Shown here one piece after another: positions 27,178 through 37,420 of a stretch of 64,000 nucleotides of DNA (its first letter is position 1; each line of letters opens with the position of its first letter). A program made the position numbers and the translations under genes. The DNA comes from Myxococcota bacterium (GTDB taxonomy: Bacteria; Myxococcota_A; UBA9042; PHBI01; JAWLBL01), in NCBI GenBank assembly GCA_041687695.1, contig JAWLBL010000013.1:128001-192000 (forward strand), in the 5' to 3' direction. Under the pieces are notes generated by a model that saw only the letters and a list, made by a program, of their open reading frames with translations, did not search any database and was not told where the DNA came from.

Positions 27178-30100
27178 ATGCGGAAGATCGGTGCGACAGG
27201 CTTGGGGCTGGTGGTGGCGCTCGCGTTGGTGGCTTGCGGCGACGAGGTGACGCAGACGCCGCTGCCCGGCAAGACCTGCACGGTCCCGGCCGACTGCGAG
27301 GCGACGCTGGCGACGCGCGGCTACGCGGCCGAGTGCACGACCGTGACCTGCGACGCCAGCCGCTGCGTCTTCACGGCCGTGAACGAGGGCGGCAGCTGCG
27401 GCGAGGGCGACGCGTGCGTCACGGGCGGCGTGTGCGCCAACCGTCTCTGCGTCGGTGAAGCGGTCGTGTGCGACGACGGCGACCCCTGCACGACCGACGC
27501 CTGCGATCCGGCGACCGGCGGCTGCACGACCACGCCGGCGCCCGGCGAGCCCTGCGACGACGGGGTGGCCTGCACCGAAAAGGACGTGTGCCAGCTGGAC
27601 GGCCAGTGCCTCGGGCAGCCGTCCGCGACCTGCCAGTGCGCCGAGGACGCCGACTGCGCGGCGCTGGCCGAGACCGACAAGTGCGCCGGCACCTTCGTGT
27701 GCGGCGACGACTTCGCCTGCCACGCCGACCCGGCGACGGTCATCCAGTGCGACACCAGCGGCGACACCGAGTGCGCCGGGGCGGTCTGCGACCCGGCGAC
27801 CGGCGGGTGCGTGCTGACCGCCACGAACGAGGGGCAGCCCTGCGGCGAGGCCGCGGACGACTGCACCGGGCAGGCGGTGTGCACGAACGGGGCCTGCGCG
27901 GGCGAGGCGGTCGCCTGCGACGACGGCGACCCGTGCACGACCGACGAGTGCGTGCCGGGACAGGGCTGCGTGTACGAGCCGGCGACCGGGCTGCCCTGCG
28001 ACGACGGCGACCCGTGCACCAGCCCCGACGTCTGCCAGGCCGGGCAGTGCCAGGGCGCGGCGGCCAGCTGCGACGACGGCAACCCATGCACGGTCGACGC
28101 GTGCGACCCCGTCACCGGGCAGTGCAGCCACACCGCGTCGGACGAGCCCTGCGACGACGGCAACCCGTGCACCACGGGCGACAGCTGCTCGACCGGCGTG
28201 TGCAAGGGCGCGGGCGTGGCCTGTGACGACGGCAACCCGTGCACGGCCGACGTCTGCCAGGTGGGCGACGACGGCGAGGTCACCTGCGCGCACCAGAACG
28301 TGTTCGGCGTCTGCGACGACGGCGACCCGTGCACCGGCGGCGACGCGTGCCTGGGCGGGCAGTGCGTCGGGACCGAGAAGCTGTGCGGGTGCTCGAGCGA
28401 CCAGGAGTGCCAGGACAAGGCGCCGGACGACCTGTGCGTGGGCGCGTGGCTGTGCGACACCAGCGTGACCGGCGGCAAGTGCGTGCCCGACCCGGCGACG
28501 GTCGTGACGTGCCAGGCCAACGAGACGATGTGCACCATCGACCAGTGCGACCCGGCGACCGGGACGTGCAAGTCGCAGCCCAAGCCGGACGCGACCCCGT
28601 GCGACGACGGCAACGCCTGCTCGACCGGCGACATCTGCTCGTCGGGCGTGTGCGTCGGCAACGCGATGGACTGCAGCGACGGCAACCCCTGCACGGGCGA
28701 CCTGTGCAGCGGCGGCGTGTGCAGCAACCAGCCGCTGGGCGGCAGCATGACCTTCCTGGACGTCGGCTTCGACGCGGGCCTGCCGGACGGCTGGACCGCC
28801 GAGACGACCACGGAGGGCGTGGGCTGGAAGGTCTCGGCCGAGTACGCCGCCGAGGGTGACTTCGGCCTGGTGGCGACCGGTCCGAGCGGCGTGTACGACC
28901 ACGGGGCGGTCACGGCGACGCTGCGCTCGCCCAAGTTCTGGGTCTACGGCGAGACGGTGCAGCTGCGCCTGAAGATGAAGACCGGCTTCGCGTCGCCGAC
29001 CGTGGGCGCGGACAAGTGCTTCGCCTCCAACGACTACCTGTCGGTGGGCGTCGACAACTACGGGCTGCTCGAGCAGGTCGAGTGCGTCTCGGGCGACGCC
29101 CCGGACTGGGTGCAGCTGCAGGTGGACCTGTCGTTCTTCAAGAACCGCGAGATCGGCCTGGTCTTCGTCTTCCACGCCGACGCCGAGGACAACGGCGGCT
29201 TCGGCGCCGCCATCGACGAGGTCGAGGTCTCGGCCCTGTTCACCTGCACCGACGGGCCGTGCACCATCGGGTCGTGCACGGCGGGGGCCTGCAACGCGGG
29301 GCCGCTGGTCTGCGACGACGGCGACCCGTGCACCCTGGACACCTGCAGCGCGACCACCGGCAAGTGCCAGTACAAGCTGCAGGTCAACTGCGGCTGCGAG
29401 AGCGACTTCGACTGCCTGACCTTCAGCCCCTGCCTGCAGGGCACCTGCGGCCCGGACGGCTTCTGCGAGGAGACGGTCATCACGGGGGCCTGCGACGACC
29501 AGGACGCCTGCACGGTGAACGACGTGTGCAACGAGGAGGGCGAGTGCCTCGGCGACGACATCGTCTGCGACGACGGCGTGCCCTGCACCGACGACTGGTG
29601 CGACTACTCGGGCGAGTGCGTCTTCCAGTTCAAGCCGCTCGCCTGCGACGACGGCGACGCGTGCACGACCAACGACACCTGCACGAGCGCCTCGACCTGC
29701 GCGGGCTCGCCCGTCGTGTGCGCCAGCGGCTCGTGCGCCTCGGGCTACTGCTCGGACGGCAGCTGCAAGTTCTCGATCAACCACGACGGGAGCTTCGAAC
29801 TCGAGGAGGGCTTCGACTCGCTCGCCCCCAACCAGCTGCCGGCCGAGTGGACCGACAACGCCGAGAGCCCCGGGTGGAGCTGGAAGTCGACGACCACGGC
29901 CAGCCACTCGGCCCCGACCGCGCTGGGGCTGATGGGCCCGGCCAGCGCCTACGCGGCCGCCACGGTCAGCGTCACGGCGCCGGCGGTGTCGCTGCCGCCC
30001 GACGGCGGGACGCTGCGTTATTGGGTCCGCGGCACCTGGGGCGACCAGGGCTGCACGACGGACGTGCTGCGCGTGAAGGTCAACGGCACGGTCGTCGACA

Positions 30101-30342
30101 CCGTCTGCGCGAACGTGCCGGCCTTCGCCGAGCGCACCGTGGATCTGGCCGCCTTCGCCACCCAGCTGGCGACCGTGAGCTTCGAGTTCTCGGCCAAGGC
30201 GGCCGACGCAGGCGCCGTGAGCCTGCTGCTCGACGACGTGGCGGTCACGGCGAAGTACCTGTGCGACGACGGCGACGCGTGCACCACGAACGACGCGTGC
30301 GTGCTGGGCTTCTGTCAGGGACAGGACGGCCTGTGCCCCTGA
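27178..30342 (+). CDS. Cys-rich repeat lipoprotein with two MAM/cleaved-adhesin-like beta-sandwich domains
   Basis: LVA-C lipobox; many CDDG(D/N)PCTxDxC repeats; two Cys-poor domains FD..LP..W...(I/L)D(E/D)V.V. Confidence 0.85.
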   Translation: MRKIGATGLGLVVALALVACGDEVTQTPLPGKTCTVPADCEATLATRGYAAECTTVTCDASRCVFTAVNEGGSCGEGDACVTGGVCANRLCVGEAVVCDDGDPCTTDACDPATGGCTTTPAPGEPCDDGVACTEKDVCQLDGQCLGQPSATCQCAEDADCAALAETDKCAGTFVCGDDFACHADPATVIQCDTSGDTECAGAVCDPATGGCVLTATNEGQPCGEAADDCTGQAVCTNGACAGEAVACDDGDPCTTDECVPGQGCVYEPATGLPCDDGDPCTSPDVCQAGQCQGAAASCDDGNPCTVDACDPVTGQCSHTASDEPCDDGNPCTTGDSCSTGVCKGAGVACDDGNPCTADVCQVGDDGEVTCAHQNVFGVCDDGDPCTGGDACLGGQCVGTEKLCGCSSDQECQDKAPDDLCVGAWLCDTSVTGGKCVPDPATVVTCQANETMCTIDQCDPATGTCKSQPKPDATPCDDGNACSTGDICSSGVCVGNAMDCSDGNPCTGDLCSGGVCSNQPLGGSMTFLDVGFDAGLPDGWTAETTTEGVGWKVSAEYAAEGDFGLVATGPSGVYDHGAVTATLRSPKFWVYGETVQLRLKMKTGFASPTVGADKCFASNDYLSVGVDNYGLLEQVECVSGDAPDWVQLQVDLSFFKNREIGLVFVFHADAEDNGGFGAAIDEVEVSALFTCTDGPCTIGSCTAGACNAGPLVCDDGDPCTLDTCSATTGKCQYKLQVNCGCESDFDCLTFSPCLQGTCGPDGFCEETVITGACDDQDACTVNDVCNEEGECLGDDIVCDDGVPCTDDWCDYSGECVFQFKPLACDDGDACTTNDTCTSASTCAGSPVVCASGSCASGYCSDGSCKFSINHDGSFELEEGFDSLAPNQLPAEWTDNAESPGWSWKSTTTASHSAPTALGLMGPASAYAAATVSVTAPAVSLPPDGGTLRYWVRGTWGDQGCTTDVLRVKVNGTVVDTVCANVPAFAERTVDLAAFATQLATVSFEFSAKAADAGAVSLLLDDVAVTAKYLCDDGDACTTNDACVLGFCQGQDGLCP

Positions 30343-30409
30343 CCGGGCCCGGGCGGCGGGGAGCGTCCGCGTCGACGCCCCCCATCGGACGGCTTCGGAC
30401 CGGGAACCG

Positions 30410-30439
30410 TTGAGCGCAGCGGGGTCGCCCGCCTATACT
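30410..30439 (+). promoter_or_regulatory. Putative sigma70-type promoter
   Basis: TTGAGC-18nt-TATACT. Confidence 0.55.
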
Positions 30440-30486
30440 CCGCACCTCTTCGACGCCGGGGTTCGGAGATGGGGGGAAGTCCGATC

Positions 30487-33400
30487 ATGCGCAAGCTCTT
30501 TGGTGGGGTGCTGCCCGCGGTGGCGGCCCTGACGCTGCTGGCGGCGGGGTGCACCGAGGTGACCCTGGTCCCCGGGCTCGAAGGCGAGACCTGCAAGCGC
30601 CCCAGCGAGTGCGCCGAGGGCCTGACGTGCGTCCAGGGACGCTGCGCCGTCGACACCGAGCTGCCCTTCACCGACGTCTCGGGTGACGAGGGCGGCAAGG
30701 GTGACGTGCCCCCGCCCGAGGACGTCCCCGACGTCTCGAACGACACCACCGTCGACGCCGAGGACGTGCTCGAGGTGACGGACCCCGGGACCCCCGAGGT
30801 CATCGTCACGCCGGACGTGCCCACGGACACGCCCGACGACCCCGATGTCGACCCGATCTGGGACGTCGCCGACGCCGACGCGGGCGAGGAGACCGCCCAG
30901 ACGCCCGACGCGACCGAGGACGTCGAGATCGATGTGCCGCCGGGGCCACCCGGGCCCGACGAGCCGTGCGAGGGCGACTGCCCGACCGGCTACCTGTGCC
31001 TGCCGCAGGTCGACGGCGTCGCCCGCTGCAAGCCCTTCCCCAAGGGCGTGTGCCTGCCCTGCGCGTCGGCGGCCGACTGCCCGACGCCGGGCGCCCAGTG
31101 CCTCAGCTTCCCGGACGGACAGAGCTTCTGCGGCGCGGTCTGCGGCACCCCGGCCGACTGCCCTTCGGGCTTCTCGTGCACCGACGGCCAGTGCCGCCCG
31201 CAGACGACCTCGTGCGAGTGCACGCCCGACCTGTTCGGCTGGAGCCTGCCCTGCGACAACGCCGGCGCGGGCGGCGTGTGCAAGGGCCAGACGACCTGCC
31301 TCCAGAAGGGGTGGTCGACCTGCTCGGCGGCGGCGCCCTCGGTCGAGCTGTGCAACGGCAAGGACGACGACTGCGACGGCATCACCGACGAGGAGCCCAA
31401 GTACTTCGAGAAGGGCAAGAGCCTGCCCTTCGGCGCGCCCTGCGGCCTGGGCGTGTGCGCGGGCGGCGAGGTGGTCTGCACGCCCGACGGCGGGGTGACC
31501 TGCTCGGGCAACGCGCTGGCCGGGCCCGAGGTGTGCGCCGACCAGCTCGACAACGACTGCGACGGGCAGGTCAACGAGGGCTGCGAGTCCGACGACTGGG
31601 ACGGCGACGGGGTGCCCAACGACAAGGACTGCGCGCCGATGGACGCCAGCACCTACCCGGGCGCGACCGAGAAGTGCTGCAACCCCGCCCTGGGCTACAA
31701 CAAGGCCTGCGACACCAACTGCGACGGCAAGGTCACGCCCTGCGCGAGCTGCGACAAGGACCTCGACGGCTTCTGCCCGCCCGAGGACTGCAACGACAAC
31801 GATCCGAAGATCCACCCGGGCGCGGCCGAGAAGTGCAACGACGGCATCGACCAGGACTGCCAGGGCGGCGATCTGCTGTGCTCGGCCGCCCAGGACAAGG
31901 ACGGCGACGGCTTCATCCCGCCGGCCGACTGCAACGAGGGCAACCCGTCGGTCTACCCCTACGCCGAGGAGCTCTGCGACAACCTGGACAACGACTGCGA
32001 CGGCCTCATCGACGAGGGCAACCCGCAGGGCGGGCAGAACTGCGGGACGACCGCCGAGTACTGCCAGTCGGGCAAGATGGTCTGCACCCACTACGGGTAC
32101 GGCGCGGTGCTGCAGTGCCAGGGCGCCATCAAGTACGGCCCCGAGACCTGCGACGGCGTCGACAACGACTGCGACGGGCAGACCGACGAGACGTTCACCC
32201 AGCTGGGCCAGCCCTGCGACGGGCCCGACAGCGACTTCTGCGCCAACGGCGTGCTCGTGTGCTCGGGCGACGGGCAGGGCGTCGAGTGCTCGGACGAGGC
32301 CGTGTCCAACCTGGTCGAGGAGTGCAACGGCCTCGACGACGACTGCGACGGGGCGACCGACGAGTTCGTCTGCAACCTGAAGGACCTCGACGGCGACGGC
32401 TACACCGCGGCCCAGGGCGACTGCGACGACTGGCGGCCCGAGGTGTACCCCGGCGCCGCGGAGCCGTGCTGCGACCCCAAGCTGGGGCCGGCCGCCTACG
32501 AGATCTGCGACCTGAACTGCGACGGGATCATCGTCCCGTGTGGCTTCAACGACGCCGACGCGGACGGCTACCCGGCGGGCGTCGACTGCGACGACAACGA
32601 CCCGCGGACCTACCCGGGCGCCCCCGAGAAGTGCGGCGACGGCAAGGACCAGGACTGCGACGGCGTCGACACCAACTGCGCGCTCGTCCAGGACAAGGAC
32701 AAGGACGGCTTCCACTCGGGCATCGACTGCAACGACAACGACAACAAGGTCCACCCGTGGGCGACCGAGGTCTGCAACTACATCGACGACGACTGTGACG
32801 GCGTCATCGACAACGGCAACCCGTCGACCCTCAGCGGCCCCTGCGGGCCCGGCACGCCCGGCTGCGACCCGGGTGCGTGGGTGTGCGTGCACGACGCGCA
32901 GACCTACTCGGTCAAGGAGCTGTGCATCAACGACAAGTTCCAGGCGACCGAGCTGTGCAACGGCCTCGACGACGACTGCGACGGCGAGATCGACGAGACG
33001 TTCTACGACCTCGGCCAGCCCTGCGACGGGCCGGACGCGGACGGCTGCGCCAACGGCGTGTTCCAGTGCTCCGAGGACGGGCTGGGCGTGACCTGCGGCG
33101 ACGAGGTGGTGGTCGACATCCTCGAGGTGTGCGACGGCGTGGACAACGACTGCAACGGCCAGACCGACGACGGGATCTCCTGGGAGGGCGTCGCCCTCGG
33201 GCAGATCTGCGACGGCACGGGCGTGTGCGGCAAGGGCGTCGTGGTGTGCACGGCGGGCTTCACGGTGACGTGCTCGACCAACCCGGACGGGCCCTTCCCG
33301 CAGAGCAAGGCCGAGACCTGCAACGGCCTGGACGACGACTGCGACGGTGAGATCGACGAGGACTTCCTGTTCGACGGCGTGCCGGTGGGCGGCGCCTGCG

Positions 33401-35490
33401 ACGGCTGGGGCGAGTGCGGCGTCGGCGTGGTCGAGTGCAACGGCGCGGGCGGGGCGACCTGCTCGACGCAGCCCGACGGGTCGGCGCCGCAGGGCTCGGT
33501 CGAGGTGTGCAACGGGCTCGACGACGACTGCGACGGGCTGACCGACGAGGAGCTGACGTTGGCGGACAGCCCGTGCAAGGCCGTGGGGCAGTGCGCGGCC
33601 GGCGGGGTCGGGGCGATGTGCGCCGACGGCGAGTGGGTGTGCGACTACACGGGCGTCGCCGGCTACGAGGAGGACGAGACCCTCTGCGACGGGCTGGACA
33701 ACGACTGCGACGGGCTGACCGACGAGGGCTGGGACGTGGGCCTGGCGTGCGACGGCGACGACACGGACCTGTGCCAGAACGGGACCTGGACGTGCACGCC
33801 GGACGGGATGGGCCTCGAGTGCCTGAACGAGACCGAGGTCGACATCGAGGAGGTCTGCAACAACTACGACGACGACTGCGACGGCGACGTGGACGAGGTC
33901 GAGGTCTCGCCCGCCGAGGCCGGGTGCGCCAGCAAGGGCGTGTGCGCGTCGGGCGAGGGCGTCGTCGTCACCTGCGCCGAGGTCGGCTACGCGTGCGACT
34001 ACTCCGGCGTTCAGGGCTGGGAGGCCGACGAGACCCTGTGCGACGGGCTCGACAACGACTGCGACGGCAAGACCGACGAGGAGCTGCTCTTCGAGGGGGC
34101 GGCGCTCGGCGAGGACTGCGACGGCTGGGGCGAGTGCGGCATCGGCAAGGTGCAGTGCGGGCCGGGGGGCAGCATCATCTGCTCGACGATGCCCGGGGGC
34201 GCGACCCCGCAGGACAAGCCCGAGGTGTGCAACGGCCTCGACGAGGACTGCGACGGGGTCGCCGACGACGACTTCCTGTGGAACGACCTGCCGGTCGGCG
34301 CGGCCTGCGACCCGTCGGGGCCGTGCGGCGAGGGCGTGGTCGAGTGCGCGCCGTCGGGGATGGCGGCGCTGTGCAGCACGGGCGCGGGCGGGTCGGCCGA
34401 CCAGGGCCAGCCCGAGACCTGCAACGCCGTCGACGACGACTGCGACGGCCAGACCGACGAGACGGCGGACCTCGACCTGACCGTCTCGGGGTGCCCGGCC
34501 TTCGGCGTGTGCGCCGCGCTCGACCAGTTCGTGTCCTGCACCGACGGCGTGTGGATGTGCCACATGGAGTTGCTGCCGGACTACGAGCCCGACGAGCAGA
34601 CCTGCGACGACCAGGACAACGACTGCGACGGCCTGGTCGACGAGAGCTTCCCCGACAAGGGGCAGCTGTGCGACGGCCCGGACCCCGACCAGTGTCCGAC
34701 GGGCAAGCTCGAGTGCAACGCCACGGGAGACGGGTTGGTGTGCGGCGCCGAGACGGGCAAGGGCAGCCCCGAGACCTGCGACGGCATCGACAACGACTGC
34801 GATGGCCTCATCGACGAAGGCTTCACCTACAAGGGCCTGCCGATGGGCGCGTACTGCGACGGCGTGGGCGCTTGCGGGCTGGGGCGCGTGGAGTGCAACG
34901 GGCAGGGGGCGGCGACGTGCTCGACCAACCCCGACGGCAGCAAGAGCCAGGTGACGGCCGAGGTGTGCAACGGCAAGGACGACGACTGCGACGGGCTGAC
35001 CGACGAGGGGCTGACCTGGAACGACATCCCGGTGGGGCAGCCGTGCGACGGCGTGGGCGCCTGCGGGATGGGCGTCGTGGTGTGCCACGTGAGCAGCGGC
35101 CAGGCGACGTGCTCGACCAACCCGAACGGGACGACGCCGCAGAGCACGACCGAGCTGTGCAACGGCCTGGACGACGACTGCGACGGGCAGACCGACGAGA
35201 GCTTCCCCGAGGCGGGGCAGCCGTGCGACTCGGCGGCCGACGCGGACAGCTGCAAGACGGGCGAGTGGACGTGCCAGGGCGGGCAGATGAGCTGCCAGGG
35301 CGATTACGGCTGCGTGCCGGACAGCGAGTGCTACGACCCGGGGGCGCCGGCCAAGCAGCGATGCCTGTGCGTCGGGATGCAGTGCACCAAGGCCCACGGC
35401 GACTCTTGCGACGCCTTCGGGTGCCACTGCAACGGCGGGCTGCCGTGCGTCGCGCCGAAGGTGTGCGTGCCGAACGTGGGGTGTCAGTGA
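30487..35490 (+). CDS. Large Cys/Asp-rich lipoprotein with MopE-related putative metal-binding repeats
   Basis: AAG-C lipobox; Pro/Asp linker; many ExCNGxDDDCDGxxDE and DxDGDG..DC.D.DP..YPGA.E.C repeats. Confidence 0.88.
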   Translation: MRKLFGGVLPAVAALTLLAAGCTEVTLVPGLEGETCKRPSECAEGLTCVQGRCAVDTELPFTDVSGDEGGKGDVPPPEDVPDVSNDTTVDAEDVLEVTDPGTPEVIVTPDVPTDTPDDPDVDPIWDVADADAGEETAQTPDATEDVEIDVPPGPPGPDEPCEGDCPTGYLCLPQVDGVARCKPFPKGVCLPCASAADCPTPGAQCLSFPDGQSFCGAVCGTPADCPSGFSCTDGQCRPQTTSCECTPDLFGWSLPCDNAGAGGVCKGQTTCLQKGWSTCSAAAPSVELCNGKDDDCDGITDEEPKYFEKGKSLPFGAPCGLGVCAGGEVVCTPDGGVTCSGNALAGPEVCADQLDNDCDGQVNEGCESDDWDGDGVPNDKDCAPMDASTYPGATEKCCNPALGYNKACDTNCDGKVTPCASCDKDLDGFCPPEDCNDNDPKIHPGAAEKCNDGIDQDCQGGDLLCSAAQDKDGDGFIPPADCNEGNPSVYPYAEELCDNLDNDCDGLIDEGNPQGGQNCGTTAEYCQSGKMVCTHYGYGAVLQCQGAIKYGPETCDGVDNDCDGQTDETFTQLGQPCDGPDSDFCANGVLVCSGDGQGVECSDEAVSNLVEECNGLDDDCDGATDEFVCNLKDLDGDGYTAAQGDCDDWRPEVYPGAAEPCCDPKLGPAAYEICDLNCDGIIVPCGFNDADADGYPAGVDCDDNDPRTYPGAPEKCGDGKDQDCDGVDTNCALVQDKDKDGFHSGIDCNDNDNKVHPWATEVCNYIDDDCDGVIDNGNPSTLSGPCGPGTPGCDPGAWVCVHDAQTYSVKELCINDKFQATELCNGLDDDCDGEIDETFYDLGQPCDGPDADGCANGVFQCSEDGLGVTCGDEVVVDILEVCDGVDNDCNGQTDDGISWEGVALGQICDGTGVCGKGVVVCTAGFTVTCSTNPDGPFPQSKAETCNGLDDDCDGEIDEDFLFDGVPVGGACDGWGECGVGVVECNGAGGATCSTQPDGSAPQGSVEVCNGLDDDCDGLTDEELTLADSPCKAVGQCAAGGVGAMCADGEWVCDYTGVAGYEEDETLCDGLDNDCDGLTDEGWDVGLACDGDDTDLCQNGTWTCTPDGMGLECLNETEVDIEEVCNNYDDDCDGDVDEVEVSPAEAGCASKGVCASGEGVVVTCAEVGYACDYSGVQGWEADETLCDGLDNDCDGKTDEELLFEGAALGEDCDGWGECGIGKVQCGPGGSIICSTMPGGATPQDKPEVCNGLDEDCDGVADDDFLWNDLPVGAACDPSGPCGEGVVECAPSGMAALCSTGAGGSADQGQPETCNAVDDDCDGQTDETADLDLTVSGCPAFGVCAALDQFVSCTDGVWMCHMELLPDYEPDEQTCDDQDNDCDGLVDESFPDKGQLCDGPDPDQCPTGKLECNATGDGLVCGAETGKGSPETCDGIDNDCDGLIDEGFTYKGLPMGAYCDGVGACGLGRVECNGQGAATCSTNPDGSKSQVTAEVCNGKDDDCDGLTDEGLTWNDIPVGQPCDGVGACGMGVVVCHVSSGQATCSTNPNGTTPQSTTELCNGLDDDCDGQTDESFPEAGQPCDSAADADSCKTGEWTCQGGQMSCQGDYGCVPDSECYDPGAPAKQRCLCVGMQCTKAHGDSCDAFGCHCNGGLPCVAPKVCVPNVGCQ

Positions 35491-35527
35491 CCGGCGCCGC
35501 CGGCGTGGAACGACGAGGGAGCGCGAG

Positions 35528-37411
35528 ATGAGCTGGAGGACGGCGAGCGGGTGGGTCGCGGCGATGTGGGCGGCCTGCGCCGTCGGCCTGGGGGCCGCGG
35601 GGTGCGGAGACGACGAGCCGGGCGGCGCCGCGGACGCGGATGTCGTGGCGCCGAAGGCCGACGCCGCCGACGACGTGGGTGGCGAGGCCGACGCGGCGGA
35701 CGAGGTGGCCGAGGACGCGGTCGAGCCCGACGCCGAGCCCGCGTGCGCCGAGGGGACGCCCTGCGACGACGGCGACCCGTGCACGACCGACGACGCGTGC
35801 GACGCGGCCGGGCAGTGCGTCGGCGGCGGCGCGACGTGCGACGACGGCCTGGCGTGTACGGCGGACACGTGCGACCAGGGCGCGTGCGAGCACACGCTGG
35901 TCGCCGGCTTCTGCCTGACCGAGGGCGAGGCGCCCAGCTGCGTGGCCCACAACGGCAAGGACACGGCCGGGTGCCGGCTGTGCGACGCCGAGGCGCAGGG
36001 CGGGCCCAAGTGGAAGAACGCGGCCATTGGCGCCCTGTGCGACGACGGCGACGCCTGCACGGCCGACGACCGCTGCGAGATCGGGGTGTGCGTCGGCAAG
36101 ACGGCGGTGACGTGCGCCCCCAGCACCGCGTGTATGCAGGTGGCGTGCGAGCCGGCGGTGGGCTGCGTCGAGACGCCCATCGTCGCGGCCTGCGACGACC
36201 TGGACGCGTGCACGGCGGACGACGAGTGCAAGGACGGCGTGTGCGTGGGCAAGCCCATCACGTGCGACGACGCCAACCCGTGCACGGTCGACAGCTGCGA
36301 CGTGTTCGAGGGCTGCGTCTACGACCCGAGCAGCCAGTGCGACGACGGCGACCCGTGCACCGAGGACGCGTGCCTGGTGGACGGCAGCTGCGTGAACACG
36401 CCGTTCGACGGGCCGTGCGAGGACGGCGACCTGTGCACGACCGGCGAGCAGTGCGCCGAGGGGACGTGCGCCGGCGGCGAGCCCGTCGTCTGTGACGACG
36501 ACAACGCCTGCACGGTCGACTCGTGCGACCCGGCCAAGGGGTGCCTGCACCTGTTCGACGACGGCGGCTGCGACGACGGGCTCGAGTGCACGACGAGCGA
36601 CTTCTGCGCCTCGGGCGTGTGCCTGGGCAGCAAGACCGAGACGTGCCCCCTGTGCGCGACCCCGTCGTCGTCGATGGCCGTCCGGGTCGCGAGCCTGCAG
36701 ATCGGGGACGCCGGGCAGCCGGGCGACGGGCTGGACGTCGACGGCAAGCTCTCGACCTGCTCGCCGGCGGGCGACTGCAGCGAGGGCATCGACAACAACC
36801 TGGGCCTGCTCGCGCCCATCGTGAACCCGTCGATGAACCAGAGCATCGCCGAGGGCGGCCTGCACTTCGTCATCGACCTCTCCCAGGCGACCTTCGACGG
36901 CCAGCCGTTCCCCCTCGTGGTCTACGACGCCGATCTGATGCAGCCCTGGTGCGACTTCACCGCGGCGACGTGCAACTACCGCGCGCGCCAGGTCAGCTTC
37001 GACGGCGACTGCACGCCCTACTTCGCCATGGACAACGCCGTCATCGAGGCCGGGCGCCTGCGGGGCGGCGGCAAGGGGTCGGTCATCACCATGGTCATCC
37101 CGCTCAGCGGGTCCAGCTCGCTGCCGCTGACCCTGGCCGACGCGGTCATCGAGGGGGACGTCTCGACGACCCCCGACGGCACCAAGATCATCGGCCTCAA
37201 CGGCGTCATCGCGGGCGCGCTGCCCAAGACGCAGCTCATCGCGGCCATCGAGGCCTTCGACGAGGATCTCCTGCCGCTCGACAAGGAGGTCGTCGTCGAC
37301 CTGCTCGAGAGCATCATCGAGCCGGACATCGACGTGGACGGCGACGGTGTCTTCGAGTCGGCGAGCCTCGGCATGTCCGTCAACACGGTGCCGGCCAACC
37401 TGGTCCCGTGA
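35528..37411 (+). CDS. Cys-rich repeat lipoprotein with C-terminal globular domain
   Basis: AAG-C lipobox; CDDGDPCTTDD.C repeats; C-terminal GLDVDG...GIDN...DIDVDGDG. Confidence 0.85.
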   Translation: MSWRTASGWVAAMWAACAVGLGAAGCGDDEPGGAADADVVAPKADAADDVGGEADAADEVAEDAVEPDAEPACAEGTPCDDGDPCTTDDACDAAGQCVGGGATCDDGLACTADTCDQGACEHTLVAGFCLTEGEAPSCVAHNGKDTAGCRLCDAEAQGGPKWKNAAIGALCDDGDACTADDRCEIGVCVGKTAVTCAPSTACMQVACEPAVGCVETPIVAACDDLDACTADDECKDGVCVGKPITCDDANPCTVDSCDVFEGCVYDPSSQCDDGDPCTEDACLVDGSCVNTPFDGPCEDGDLCTTGEQCAEGTCAGGEPVVCDDDNACTVDSCDPAKGCLHLFDDGGCDDGLECTTSDFCASGVCLGSKTETCPLCATPSSSMAVRVASLQIGDAGQPGDGLDVDGKLSTCSPAGDCSEGIDNNLGLLAPIVNPSMNQSIAEGGLHFVIDLSQATFDGQPFPLVVYDADLMQPWCDFTAATCNYRARQVSFDGDCTPYFAMDNAVIEAGRLRGGGKGSVITMVIPLSGSSSLPLTLADAVIEGDVSTTPDGTKIIGLNGVIAGALPKTQLIAAIEAFDEDLLPLDKEVVVDLLESIIEPDIDVDGDGVFESASLGMSVNTVPANLVP

Positions 37412-37420
37412 CGTCGTCGG

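Noticed and set aside
27178..37411. Multiheme cytochromes or a eukaryotic insert suggested by the Cys richness
   Set aside because: No CxxCH series; bacterial lipoboxes, promoters and host-like codon usage
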